Source: an uncultured Candidatus Saccharibacteria bacterium (lineage in GTDB: Bacteria > Patescibacteriota > Minisyncoccia > Phycocordibacterales > UBA9973). Taken from it: 64,000 bases of DNA. The DNA lies in NCBI GenBank assembly GCA_964573395.1, contig CAZNJI010000003.1, forward strand, positions 15,951 to 79,950. Direction: 5' to 3'. Under the pieces are notes generated by a model. It ran no database searches and was not told the DNA's origin. It was given only the letters and a program-made list of their open reading frames with translations. Below, piece after piece: positions 46,818 to 55,617 of this stretch. The stretch's first letter is position 1; every line of letters starts with the position of its first letter. The translations under genes were made by a program, and so were the position numbers.

Positions 46818-46891
46818 GTGAGCGATACAGGAATCGAACCTGTGACCTCAGCAATGTCAATGCTGCGCTCTAACCATCTGAGCTAATCGCT
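46818..46891 (-). tRNA. tRNA-Val (anticodon GAC)
   Basis: Reverse complement: GAGCGAT-TA-GCTC-AGATGGTTA-GAGC-G-CAGCA-TTGACAT-TGCTG-AGGTC-ACAGG-TTCGATT-CCTGT-ATCGCTC-A. Confidence 0.85.
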
Positions 46892-46975
46892 CGCTCGTCC
46901 TGCTATCCTAGCGTATTTTGATATTTTTTCAAAAAAATTGATTTTTACCAATTTACTGGTACAATCTTTCGCACT

Positions 46976-47047
46976 GGCCCTATCGTCTAACGGTTAGGAC
47001 GCCGGCTTTTCAAGCCGTTAATCGGGGTTCGATTCCCCGTAGGGTCA
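46976..47047 (+). tRNA. tRNA-Glu (anticodon UUC)
   Basis: Same backbone as the tRNA-Glu at 9070 (identical acceptor, D- and T-arms). Anticodon loop TTTTCAA. A TTGATT-N17-TACAAT promoter lies at 46941-46969. Confidence 0.85.
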
Positions 47048-47111
47048 CACAGCCAGAATTGGAAACAAAAAGCGACTGAATGAATTTCTTCAAACAGTCA
47101 CATTAGCTTAC

Positions 47112-47396
47112 TTAAGAATAATAAATTTTTGTTCCAGGGAATTTTTTTTCGAAGAACAAACAAAGAGAGACATATATTCCGCTCCAACTTGCGGTTTCAA
47201 GTTTTTTAAGCGAGAAGCCCTTTCCGTTGGGTAGGTACTTATAGTTAGAAAAGACAATGTAGTCAGCATATGTGATATCTTCAAGGTCTGAACTAATTCG
47301 TTTTAATATCTCTTCAGACGGCATATCGTCTCCCTCAAAAATAAGCTCTCTAATCTCGAAGTTTTCCGTGTCGACAAGTCGTGCATTATAAGCCAT
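47112..47396 (-). CDS. Hypothetical 94-aa protein
   Basis: ATG start. A TTGCCA-N16-TAAGGT promoter sits upstream on the coding strand (47420-47455). No domain. Confidence 0.35.
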   Translation of the reverse strand: MAYNARLVDTENFEIRELIFEGDDMPSEEILKRISSDLEDITYADYIVFSNYKYLPNGKGFSLKKLETASWSGIYVSLCLFFEKKFPGTKIYYS

Positions 47397-47517
47397 AACA
47401 AAAAGTTTAAGGTTTTGAATTACCTTACCACTTACCTCATATTTGGCAATAGAACCTTAAATATCCCCACCCTACTCACAGAAAATGGGCTATGATTAGT
47501 GCAAACCGATCTTCATC

Positions 47518-47826
47518 ATGAAAGGAACACCTGACTCAGCAGCAATGTTACGGAGTGAGTACTTTTATTCTTTGGTACAGTGGCTTATTTATAACAATGA
47601 ATCAACAGCCGAAGAACTACAGAAGGCGAGTAAACAATATGCGAAAGTCTTATCTCTTCCGGGAGATTTAGAAACTACCCATGAGGGCATACACCGACAG
47701 TTGAAAAATAAAGACAGCGAGATATGGAAAAATCTCGACGCCATCATCAACAGCGGCACAGACAATGCATTAAAAACATTATGGAAAGAAGCCTTGCGAA
47801 AGAATGAAATTACGTTTCCTCTTTAA
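47518..47826 (+). CDS. Hypothetical 102-aa protein
   Basis: ATG start. Followed by the bidirectional terminator AAAAAAGAGCCCCCTCAAAGAGGGGGCTTGATTTTTT (47822-47862). Confidence 0.35.
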   Translation: MKGTPDSAAMLRSEYFYSLVQWLIYNNESTAEELQKASKQYAKVLSLPGDLETTHEGIHRQLKNKDSEIWKNLDAIINSGTDNALKTLWKEALRKNEITFPL

Positions 47827-47859
47827 AAAAGAGCCCCCTCAAAGAGGGGGCTTGATTTT

Positions 47860-48561
47860 TTAATACACAAAAGTTTTTTTGCGGAATACTGCTTCCGATA
47901 GAATGCGTTGAACGGCCCGTTCAACCGGCATGTCATCGTAGGGAATGATTACGTCCGGCTTAACAAAACCTTGTTTAACCAGTAAATGTTCTTTTTCGGC
48001 AGTATGAAGCCGTTTGTTGATTTCTGCTTCTATTTCTTCCTGGCTTCGATTTGATTCCCACAACCGCTTTTCGAGCCGCCGCCGAAGAACCGGAAGAGAA
48101 GTGTTTAAGTTAACCAATAGCACATTGTCGCCAAAAATTTCTTTAACCCTTTTTCCGCCATTTGCATCGAGATCCAAGGCCATTTTCTTTTTTTCTGTAA
48201 TGGCAATACGCTCGACTTCTGAGGCAAGCGTACCGTACAGGTTATTGTTTCCTGTGTACGGATTTGTTTCGATGTAATCTTCCATCTCGAAATCCGTTAC
48301 GGTTGGAAAATGAAAATAATCTGTTCCATGAACTTCATTCGCGCGCAATTTCCTGGTTGTACCGGAAACAGCAAAGGAAAATACATTTGGCAAGACGTTT
48401 ACAATGCTTTTTTGACCTGTCCTGACAAGGGTGGTTTTTCCTGAGCCTGAAGGGCCGAAAATACAGATGTGTTTGTACTTCAAGGTTACGCGAGCATAGT
48501 TCCGTTCTGCATCTTTTATATCTGCTAAAAGATGTTCTAAGTCTTTTCTTTTAATGAGCAT
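47860..48561 (-). CDS. gmk: Guanylate kinase
   Basis: P-loop IFGPSGSGKTTL and the guanylate kinase signature VSGTTRKLRANEVHGTDYFHF. ATG at 48561; the longer track ORF reads through the divergent promoter region. Confidence 0.75.
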   Translation of the reverse strand: MLIKRKDLEHLLADIKDAERNYARVTLKYKHICIFGPSGSGKTTLVRTGQKSIVNVLPNVFSFAVSGTTRKLRANEVHGTDYFHFPTVTDFEMEDYIETNPYTGNNNLYGTLASEVERIAITEKKKMALDLDANGGKRVKEIFGDNVLLVNLNTSLPVLRRRLEKRLWESNRSQEEIEAEINKRLHTAEKEHLLVKQGFVKPDVIIPYDDMPVERAVQRILSEAVFRKKTFVY

Positions 48562-48582
48562 AAGATAATAATTTTTTCTCAA

Positions 48583-48621
48583 GGTACCATAACTTTTGAA
48601 AATAGCAATTCTATTGGTACC
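48583..48621. promoter_or_regulatory. Palindrome GGTACCATAAC...CTATTGGTACC in the divergent gmk/tsaD promoter region
   Basis: 7-bp inverted arms (GGTACCA/TGGTACC) spaced by 25 bp. Confidence 0.3.
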
Positions 48622-48745
48622 CAGAACGAAAGTATTTCGCCAAATGCGCTTGTGCTTCGTACCCAAAAAAGTACACTGAATGACTACTGGGCACGGCGGG
48701 GCAAGTAGTGTTAAAAAACCTTCCATATGCTATAAAAACTTATTC

Positions 48746-49912
48746 ATGAAAATATTGTCGATAGAAACAAGCTGCGACGAAACCGCTGTTTCGGTACTTG
48801 AAGGCAACGAGCATACAATAACCGTACTTGGAAATGCGCTCGCAAGCCAAATTGAGCTCCATGCCCAGTATGGCGGAGTGTTTCCGGCGCTTGCGAAGCG
48901 CGCACATGCTGAAAAATTCGTTCTGCTTCTCAAAGAAGCTCTTTCGGAATCAGGCATGCTTATTGAAGGCAATGCAGATCTTCCAGACTTAAAAGAACAA
49001 CTCGAATTTTTAAACGAAAAAGAAACAACCCTGAAAGAGCACTTTCTTCCTTTTTTCTCGCAATACCAGAAACCTGCCGGAGTAGACTACATTGCGGTTA
49101 CTTCTGGCCCCGGCCTTGAACCGGCGCTGTGGGTTGGCATCAACGCCGCCAAAGCATTAAGCACCGTGTGGGACATTCCCCTTTTCCCGATCAATCACAT
49201 GGAAGGGCATGTCGTTTCTGCTGTATTCCAGCAAAAAAACGAAAATAAATTTTCGCTCCACGAGCTTAGCTACCCTGTGCTTGCACTGTTAGTTTCTGGC
49301 GGGCATACAGAATTGGTTGTAAGCGACGAACCGCTTCAATACAAAAAAATCGGCCAAACACGAGATGATGCCGTTGGCGAGGCGTTCGACAAGGTTGCAC
49401 GGATTTTAGGGCTTCCGTATCCAGGTGGACCAAAGATTTCCGCTTTTGCAAAAGAATCGCGCGAACAAAATTTAGAAAAATTTATCGAGCTTCCCCGCCC
49501 TATGCTTCACTCAGGAGATTATGATTTTTCCTTCTCTGGCTTGAAAACAGCCGTACTCTACGCAACCCAAAAAAAAGAACTTTCTGAAAATGACAAGAAA
49601 TCGATCGCGCAGGAATTCGAAGAAGCGGCAGTTGAAGTACTTGTTTCAAAAACCGCCAAAGCAATCGAAGAGTTCAATGTGCAAACGCTTCTGGTCGGCG
49701 GCGGCGTAGCGAATAACGAATGGCTTCGAGCTGAACTCACGAGGGCTATAAAGGAGCAGTACCCGCAGGTTACCCTTTTATTTCCTACCAAAGATCTCAC
49801 TACCGACAACTCGGTCATGATCGGCATGACGCTTTACTACCAACTGCTGCACGAGAAGAATAAAAAAACCGCTTCCAATATTTTGAAAGCGGATGGGAAT
49901 TTAAGTTTTTAG
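48746..49912 (+). CDS. tsaD: tRNA N6-threonylcarbamoyladenosine synthase TsaD (Kae1/Gcp family)
   Basis: MKILSIETSCDETAVSV..., HMEGH, VSGGHTEL, LVGGGVANN. Confidence 0.85.
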   Translation: MKILSIETSCDETAVSVLEGNEHTITVLGNALASQIELHAQYGGVFPALAKRAHAEKFVLLLKEALSESGMLIEGNADLPDLKEQLEFLNEKETTLKEHFLPFFSQYQKPAGVDYIAVTSGPGLEPALWVGINAAKALSTVWDIPLFPINHMEGHVVSAVFQQKNENKFSLHELSYPVLALLVSGGHTELVVSDEPLQYKKIGQTRDDAVGEAFDKVARILGLPYPGGPKISAFAKESREQNLEKFIELPRPMLHSGDYDFSFSGLKTAVLYATQKKELSENDKKSIAQEFEEAAVEVLVSKTAKAIEEFNVQTLLVGGGVANNEWLRAELTRAIKEQYPQVTLLFPTKDLTTDNSVMIGMTLYYQLLHEKNKKTASNILKADGNLSF

Positions 49913-50220
49913 AAAAGTACCTGTGCTGTTTCCTTAAAAAGGATTTTCAAACTTTTTACTAGTGTGGGCTCTAAATTTGCTTCTGCCTTAGCCACGATCG
50001 CTCTCATCCTTGCCCTGCATGATTGCTGCAAATCATAAATCTGTTGCCAGGCCGTACTCTTTACATCAACCATCCTCTCGGCACCTTTCAGAGTGAAGAA
50101 GATAGCCAATATTTCATCTTTACCTGCGGAATGAATCTTTGAGTTGAAGAGAAAGAGTTGCTGAAGAATATTTTCCGGTTTTGCAGAGAGCAGATTCTCG
50201 AGTGATTGATTTGTACCCAT
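49909..50220 (-). CDS. Hypothetical 103-aa protein
   Basis: ATG start. No domain recognised. Confidence 0.35.
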   Translation of the reverse strand: MGTNQSLENLLSAKPENILQQLFLFNSKIHSAGKDEILAIFFTLKGAERMVDVKSTAWQQIYDLQQSCRARMRAIVAKAEANLEPTLVKSLKILFKETAQVLF

Positions 50221-50308
50221 TTTTCATTATTTTTTTGTTATTTTACTATGTTTTTATCATAAGTCAATAGTCCTCCCTAAAACAGCCTAAAAATGGTATA
50301 TTTTTTCG

Positions 50309-52474
50309 ATGGAATCGGAAAAATTACCCGATAAGCTCTTAAAACCTTATAATCCGGCTGACGAAGAAAGCCGGCTCTACAGTGCATGGGAAAAATCAGG
50401 GTTTTTTAATCCTGATACGCTGATTGAAAAAGGAGCTATCCCAAAGGACGCAGAGCCCTACTCTATCATCATGCCGCCGCCGAATGTTACCGGTGTGCTG
50501 CATATGGGCCACGCGCTTATGCTTACGGTGCAGGATATTCTTATTCGCTACAAGCGCATGCGTGGGTTTAAAACACTGTGGATTCCAGGAACCGATCATG
50601 CGGCCATTGCAACACAATCGGTGGTTGAAAAGAAAATTCAGAAGGAAGAAGGAAAATCGCGCCACGACCTTGGCCGTGAAGAACTGCTAAAACGAATTGA
50701 GCAGTTTGCCGCAGAAAGCCATGACACCATTGCTTCGCAAATTCGTGTTATGGGCGCATCGTGCGATTGGTCGCGTGAGGCATTTACGCTCGATGAGGCA
50801 CGCTCAAAAGCGGTGCGCACGATGTTTAAAAAAATGTACGACGACGGCCTTATTTACCGTGGACACCGAATCGTGAACTGGGACCCGAAAGGCCAAACAA
50901 CCATTTCAGACGACGAAATCGTGTACAAGGAAGAAAAAACAAAATTCTACTATTTAAAGTACGGCCCGTTTACCATCGGCACCGCTCGTCCAGAAACGAA
51001 GTTTGGCGACAAGTATGTAGTTATGCATCCCGATGATGCACGGTACAAGGAATATACTCATGGGCAGCAGTTAGAACTTGAATGGATTAACGGCCCGATT
51101 ACGGCAACGGTTATCAAAGACGAATCGATCGACATGGAATTCGGCACCGGCGTGATGACCATTACGCCATGGCATTCTGTTGCTGATTTTGAAATCGCCG
51201 AACGGCACAATTTAGATAAAGAACAAATTATTGATGAATATGGAAAACTGCTGTCCGTAGCCGGAGACTTTGCCGGCATGAAGATTGCCGATGCGCGAGA
51301 AAAAATTGTTGCTCGCCTGGAAGAGAAAGGATTGCTCGAAAAAACCGAAGATTATACGCACAACATTGCCACTGCAGAGCGAACTGGCGGCATTATTGAA
51401 CCGCAAATTAAATTGCAGTGGTTCATTAATGTTAACAAGGAAGTTCCAGGGCGCGGAAAAACGCTGAAAGACCTGATGCGGAAGCCTGTTTCGAACGGAC
51501 AGATTGTTATCGTTCCCGACTATTTCAATAAAACTTATTTCCATTGGATCGATAATTTGCGCGACTGGTGCATCAGCCGGCAGATTTGGTACGGGCATCG
51601 AATACCAGTGTGGTACCGAGGAGATGAAATAGTTGTAGGCACAGAAGCGCCAGGGGGAGATGACTGGAAGCAAGATGAAGATACGCTTGATACCTGGTTT
51701 TCTTCCGGACTATGGACATTTTCAACACTTGGCTGGCCAGAAGAAACTAAAGATTTAGAAATGTACCATCCAACAGATGTACTTGAAACAGGCTATGAAA
51801 TCCTCTTTTTCTGGGTTGCCCGCATGATTTTGATGACAGAGTACGCGCTTGATGCTATCCCCTTTAAAACGGTATACCTCCACGGTACCGTTAGGGACGG
51901 TAAGGGGCAAAAGATGTCAAAAAGTCTGGGAAATGGCATTGACCCGCTCGATATTGCCCAAAAATACGGCGCTGATGCCGGGCGCATGGCGCTCGTGGTG
52001 GGAACTGCCCCTGGAACCGATAGCAAGATCTCGGAAGACAAAATTAAGGGTTACAAGCATTTTGCGAACAAACTTTGGAATATTACCCGATTCATTTTTG
52101 CCAACACCGGCACGGATTCGCTTTCTGCTCCGCTTAAGGATACTGACCAAGCAATTTTTGATGCCTGGAAAAGCGAGGCAAAAAGCATTACGGATGACAT
52201 AGAACAATTCCGGCTTCATGTAGCCTCAGAAAAAATATACCAGTATGTTTGGACGACGCTTGCCGACGTACTGATTGAAGAGAGCAAGCAAATTCTTTCC
52301 GGAACCGATGAAAAAGCTAAGCTATCGCGCCAAAAGTTGCTTTTAGAGCTCCTCGCAGGAAACTTGAAACTCCTACATCCGTTCATGCCGTTCGTTACGG
52401 AAGCTATTTGGGAATTACTTCCTCTGCCGAACAAGCGCGAGTTTGTTATGATTGAACAATGGCCAGTGGAGTAG
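50309..52474 (+). CDS. valS: Valyl-tRNA synthetase, short form without the C-terminal coiled-coil
   Basis: PPPNVTGVLHMGHAL (HIGH), the editing domain and KMSKSLGN. 721 aa. Confidence 0.9.
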   Translation: MESEKLPDKLLKPYNPADEESRLYSAWEKSGFFNPDTLIEKGAIPKDAEPYSIIMPPPNVTGVLHMGHALMLTVQDILIRYKRMRGFKTLWIPGTDHAAIATQSVVEKKIQKEEGKSRHDLGREELLKRIEQFAAESHDTIASQIRVMGASCDWSREAFTLDEARSKAVRTMFKKMYDDGLIYRGHRIVNWDPKGQTTISDDEIVYKEEKTKFYYLKYGPFTIGTARPETKFGDKYVVMHPDDARYKEYTHGQQLELEWINGPITATVIKDESIDMEFGTGVMTITPWHSVADFEIAERHNLDKEQIIDEYGKLLSVAGDFAGMKIADAREKIVARLEEKGLLEKTEDYTHNIATAERTGGIIEPQIKLQWFINVNKEVPGRGKTLKDLMRKPVSNGQIVIVPDYFNKTYFHWIDNLRDWCISRQIWYGHRIPVWYRGDEIVVGTEAPGGDDWKQDEDTLDTWFSSGLWTFSTLGWPEETKDLEMYHPTDVLETGYEILFFWVARMILMTEYALDAIPFKTVYLHGTVRDGKGQKMSKSLGNGIDPLDIAQKYGADAGRMALVVGTAPGTDSKISEDKIKGYKHFANKLWNITRFIFANTGTDSLSAPLKDTDQAIFDAWKSEAKSITDDIEQFRLHVASEKIYQYVWTTLADVLIEESKQILSGTDEKAKLSRQKLLLELLAGNLKLLHPFMPFVTEAIWELLPLPNKREFVMIEQWPVE

Positions 52475-53187
52475 GAACACACCACATTGTTTTTGCAATT
52501 ATTACAGGGCTCCTCCCCTCTTTTATTTGGCTCTTTTTCTGGCTTCGCCGCGATCGAACGCGGCCGGAACCAACCGGGCTCCTCGTACTATGTTTTACGC
52601 TTGGCGCAGCCGGTATTCCCATTACGATTGCGCTGCAGAAATTCATTTATTCCATCATAGCCGATGAAAAAGTGCGCCTTATTTGGCTTGCGCTGATTGA
52701 AGAAGTAATCAAGTTCCTGCCGGTCTACTTCATTGCACTGAAAAGCAAGTTTAACGATGAAGTAATTGATCCGGCAATTTACATGATTACCTCAGCGCTC
52801 GGGTTTGCCGCGCTTGAAAACCTTGCCTACGCTACCCGGCCTGAATTCTTGGGGAACATCGCGTTCGGATTGCAGAATTCATCGCTACGGTTTTTCGGTG
52901 CAACACTCCTGCATGGCATAACGAGCGGTTTCGTAGGAATCGTTATCGGCCTTGCACCCCGCTACACTGGATGGTTTTTCGGATTATTCGGTTTAGGCAT
53001 GGCAACATTCTTGCACGCCACTTTCAACTTTTTTATAATGAAAGTACCAGTAGTAAATAACGTGCTTAATCTGAGAGAAATTTTGCCAGTGTACGGGTAT
53101 TTATGGGTTGCAGCTGTTATAATAGTACTGACGCTCGAAAAATTGCGCCGCATTAAGCCGATTAGCAGCGTTCCTACACAGATATGA
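52459..53187 (+). CDS. PrsW-family intramembrane protease
   Basis: Multi-TM with IEEVIKF (EExxK), GFAALENLAY (FxxxEN), LLHGITSG and HATFN. Confidence 0.55.
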   Translation: MASGVGTHHIVFAIITGLLPSFIWLFFWLRRDRTRPEPTGLLVLCFTLGAAGIPITIALQKFIYSIIADEKVRLIWLALIEEVIKFLPVYFIALKSKFNDEVIDPAIYMITSALGFAALENLAYATRPEFLGNIAFGLQNSSLRFFGATLLHGITSGFVGIVIGLAPRYTGWFFGLFGLGMATFLHATFNFFIMKVPVVNNVLNLREILPVYGYLWVAAVIIVLTLEKLRRIKPISSVPTQI

Positions 53188-53696
53188 TGATGAAACCAGC
53201 CAATAAAAAAAGATCTTTCTTCGAACGGCTTGCCGGAAACTTGGGCTTTGACGATGCCGACGACTACGAAGACGTTGAAATACGGCGCGAAGAAAAACAC
53301 CATACTCCCCCTGTACCGACGAGTAAAAAAGAAAAGGAGGTAGAGCAAACTGCACCAGTTGAAACGGCAATCGAGCTTGGCGTTGACGTGTACCAAACGC
53401 CAAACGATATCGTCATTCAAACCATCGTCGCCGGCGTTTCTCCTGACAACCTTGCCATAAACATCACCCGAGACTCGGTTACCATTAAAGGAAAGCGCGA
53501 AGAAAATAGAACCATTTCGCAAGACGGCTATTTGATGCGCGAACTTTATTGGGGCACTTTTGCAAGAACGGTAAACTTGCCGGTTGAGGTTGAAATCGAC
53601 GGCGCGGAAGCAATCTGCAAGAACGGCATGCTGATGATCAAGCTCCCGAAACTCGACAAATACCGCCATACGACGCTGAAAGTGAAAACGCTCTAA
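53184..53696 (+). CDS. Small heat shock protein (Hsp20/alpha-crystallin)
   Basis: Alpha-crystallin domain (VDVYQTPNDIVIQ...ITRDSVTIKGKRE...NGMLMIKLPK). Confidence 0.8.
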   Translation: MMMKPANKKRSFFERLAGNLGFDDADDYEDVEIRREEKHHTPPVPTSKKEKEVEQTAPVETAIELGVDVYQTPNDIVIQTIVAGVSPDNLAINITRDSVTIKGKREENRTISQDGYLMRELYWGTFARTVNLPVEVEIDGAEAICKNGMLMIKLPKLDKYRHTTLKVKTL

Positions 53697-53699
53697 TCA

Positions 53700-53730
53700 A
53701 AAATCCGCCCAATTGGCGGATTTTTGATTT
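53700..53730. terminator. Bidirectional terminator
   Basis: AAAAATCCGCC-AATT-GGCGGATTTTT. Confidence 0.6.
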
Positions 53731-53739
53731 TCTTCTATG

Positions 53740-53812
53740 TGCTCGGGACCAGGGTCGAACTGGTGACCTATCCCTCTTCAGGGGAGCGCTCTACCAACTG
53801 AGCTACCCGAGC
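53740..53812 (-). tRNA. tRNA-Phe (anticodon GAA)
   Basis: Reverse complement: GCTCGGG-TA-GCTC-AGTTGGTA-GAGC-G-CTCCC-CTGAAGA-GGGAT-AGGTC-ACCAG-TTCGACC-CTGGT-CCCGAGC-A. Confidence 0.85.
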
Positions 53813-53896
53813 AAGTGAGGAACAAAACAAGAATATATCATATTGTTGTTTTTTCCGAATGCCGCTCGAGCAACATGGTTACCCGAGCAATGTTTG

Positions 53897-54178
53897 CTAT
53901 TCTCCTTTTATTTGGTTTATCAAATCCTGAAAATGAGTAAATTCGGGAGTATTTATTTTCAGTGCGTCATTATAGCCGGTATAAATCGACTGAACTTGCT
54001 TTATATACGGCTGAAGGTAATAAAATGCCCCAAACGTTATGCCGATGATTATCAGCCAATAAAAAAGCCGAAATAAGCCTGCATTTCTTTGTACCCGGCG
54101 GATCTTTCTTAACAGCTCGCGGTTTTCTTTGAGCGAATACTCAATATTCCGTAATCGCTTATCAAGCTCAGGATCCAT
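53897..54178 (-). CDS. Hypothetical small membrane protein
   Basis: 93 aa with an N-terminal coiled-coil and one TM helix (LFRLFYWLIIIGITFGAFYYL). Confidence 0.4.
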   Translation of the reverse strand: MDPELDKRLRNIEYSLKENRELLRKIRRVQRNAGLFRLFYWLIIIGITFGAFYYLQPYIKQVQSIYTGYNDALKINTPEFTHFQDLINQIKGE

Positions 54179-54274
54179 GGAGCCATTTTAGCAGAAAAAG
54201 GGTTATTTTCAATGAAAATGCCATCTATTTTGACAAATGATACTTTTTGTTGTAATTTGATGAAAAATTAGAAA

Positions 54275-54676
54275 ATGAAGAAAATACTCATCGTTCATTA
54301 CCAAGCTATACACAGCCTTCAAAAAATCATTTCCGCCAGCACGGAGTTCGGGGCAAGCATACGAATTATCTGCGGCATGAACCCTTACCTTTCAAACGTT
54401 GCTCGGAAAATCGCAGACGAGTTGGGAGTATCCTACCTCCAAACAAAATATCTGGATGATGATGACATAGCAGATTTTGACCACGAAGGCTTAGCGCTGA
54501 TTGAACGCACCGGAATGGATTTGCTTATCATTGTCAGTAAGCTGAACTTCTGCTCAATAGCAAGATTTTTCGCGTATGAAAAAATTTTGAAAAAGGATTT
54601 TGCCATAACTCATTTGTTCCCGAACGGAGGAATATGCGAAATCGACTTGCGATCGGGAGAAGAAAAATTTTTATGA
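54275..54676 (+). CDS. Hypothetical 133-aa protein
   Basis: ATG start. No domain recognised. Confidence 0.4.
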   Translation: MKKILIVHYQAIHSLQKIISASTEFGASIRIICGMNPYLSNVARKIADELGVSYLQTKYLDDDDIADFDHEGLALIERTGMDLLIIVSKLNFCSIARFFAYEKILKKDFAITHLFPNGGICEIDLRSGEEKFL

Positions 54677-54721
54677 TCAATTTTCCAAGACTCTTTGTAT
54701 TTCACAAAGAGTCTTTTTTTG

Positions 54722-54793
54722 TGCCCTCGGTAGGAATCGAACCTACAATTACCCCTTAGGACGGGGCAGTTATATCCATTTAACTACGAGAGC
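54722..54793 (-). tRNA. tRNA-Arg (anticodon CCU)
   Basis: Reverse complement: GCTCTCG-TA-GTTA-AATGGATA-TAAC-T-GCCCC-GTCCTAA-GGGGT-AATT-GTAGG-TTCGATT-CCTAC-CGAGGGC-A. Confidence 0.8.
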
Positions 54794-54828
54794 AGTTGAG
54801 AATATTTCTGAAAATATCTCCGAAAAGA

Positions 54829-55068
54829 TTAAGCGCGAATGCCGAGCATGTCCGCAACGACTTCCTCGCGGAATCCAACTACAATGTTGTCTCCAACGCG
54901 TATAACCGGCACGCCGAGCTGTCCAGTGAGATCAATCATCTCCCTCCTCTTTTCAGCATCAGCGGCAACGTTGAATTCGGTATAGGCAATACCCTTCTCT
55001 TGAAAGAAGGCTTTTGCCATGTTGCAGAAGTGGCAAACGGGGGTGCTGTAGATAGTAACTGGTTTCAT
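54829..55068 (-). CDS. Glutaredoxin-like protein (NrdH/Grx family)
   Basis: 79 aa. CHFC redox motif after a beta-strand (VTIYSTPVCHFCNMAK). Thioredoxin fold. Confidence 0.8.
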   Translation of the reverse strand: MKPVTIYSTPVCHFCNMAKAFFQEKGIAYTEFNVAADAEKRREMIDLTGQLGVPVIRVGDNIVVGFREEVVADMLGIRA

Positions 55069-55091
55069 AGAAGCTGATTATAGCATACCGA

Positions 55092-55517
55092 TTATCTATC
55101 AAAAATACGCTGAAAAGCGTCAAAAAATTCTCCGAAAAGCGTTTTTGTTTTCTTTTCTTCCGACCCTTCCTGCTCGATCGGATCGACGATAACCACCAGG
55201 CCCTCTCCCGGCTTTACCAAGCGGTATTTGTCTCGCAAAATCTGCTCTTTGCCATCGTCCGTTTTTAAATATTTGATCGTTTCAGAAAGATTTTCCTGCT
55301 TTTTCACCAAGGCTGCCTGCTCCAGCTTCATGACTTGAATTGATTTTCGAATGCCAACCTGCTTTCTCACTAAAGAAATAACAGACGAAAGCAAGAGAAG
55401 GAACCCGATGAGAAGTACGGCAAGCAGAACGGGAGACGGCCCTCTTTTTTTGTTTTTTAGATTGGATCGCAGGAATTGGGACATGTATGCTATAATAAAT
55501 GTACCATGTTTTCGCAT
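55092..55517 (-). CDS. FtsB/DivIC-like septum formation initiator
   Basis: A short cytoplasmic N-terminus, one TM helix and a coiled-coil (...LEQAALVKKQENLSETIKYLKTDDGKEQILRDKYRLVKPGE...). Confidence 0.5.
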   Translation of the reverse strand: MRKHGTFIIAYMSQFLRSNLKNKKRGPSPVLLAVLLIGFLLLLSSVISLVRKQVGIRKSIQVMKLEQAALVKKQENLSETIKYLKTDDGKEQILRDKYRLVKPGEGLVVIVDPIEQEGSEEKKTKTLFGEFFDAFQRIFDR

Positions 55518-55617
55518 AAGAATAGAAAAGCGGTAAAAATCGCTTGGGCGGTTTTGTGTGTGCTAATTATCGTCAGCATGCTCCTTTTGTACATGCCGAC
55601 ATTCCGCTACTAAACCC

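Noticed and set aside
52962-53669. 235-aa minus-strand ORF
   Set aside because: Antisense to the PrsW-like and Hsp20 genes, both of which have clear family motifs. Shadow ORF.
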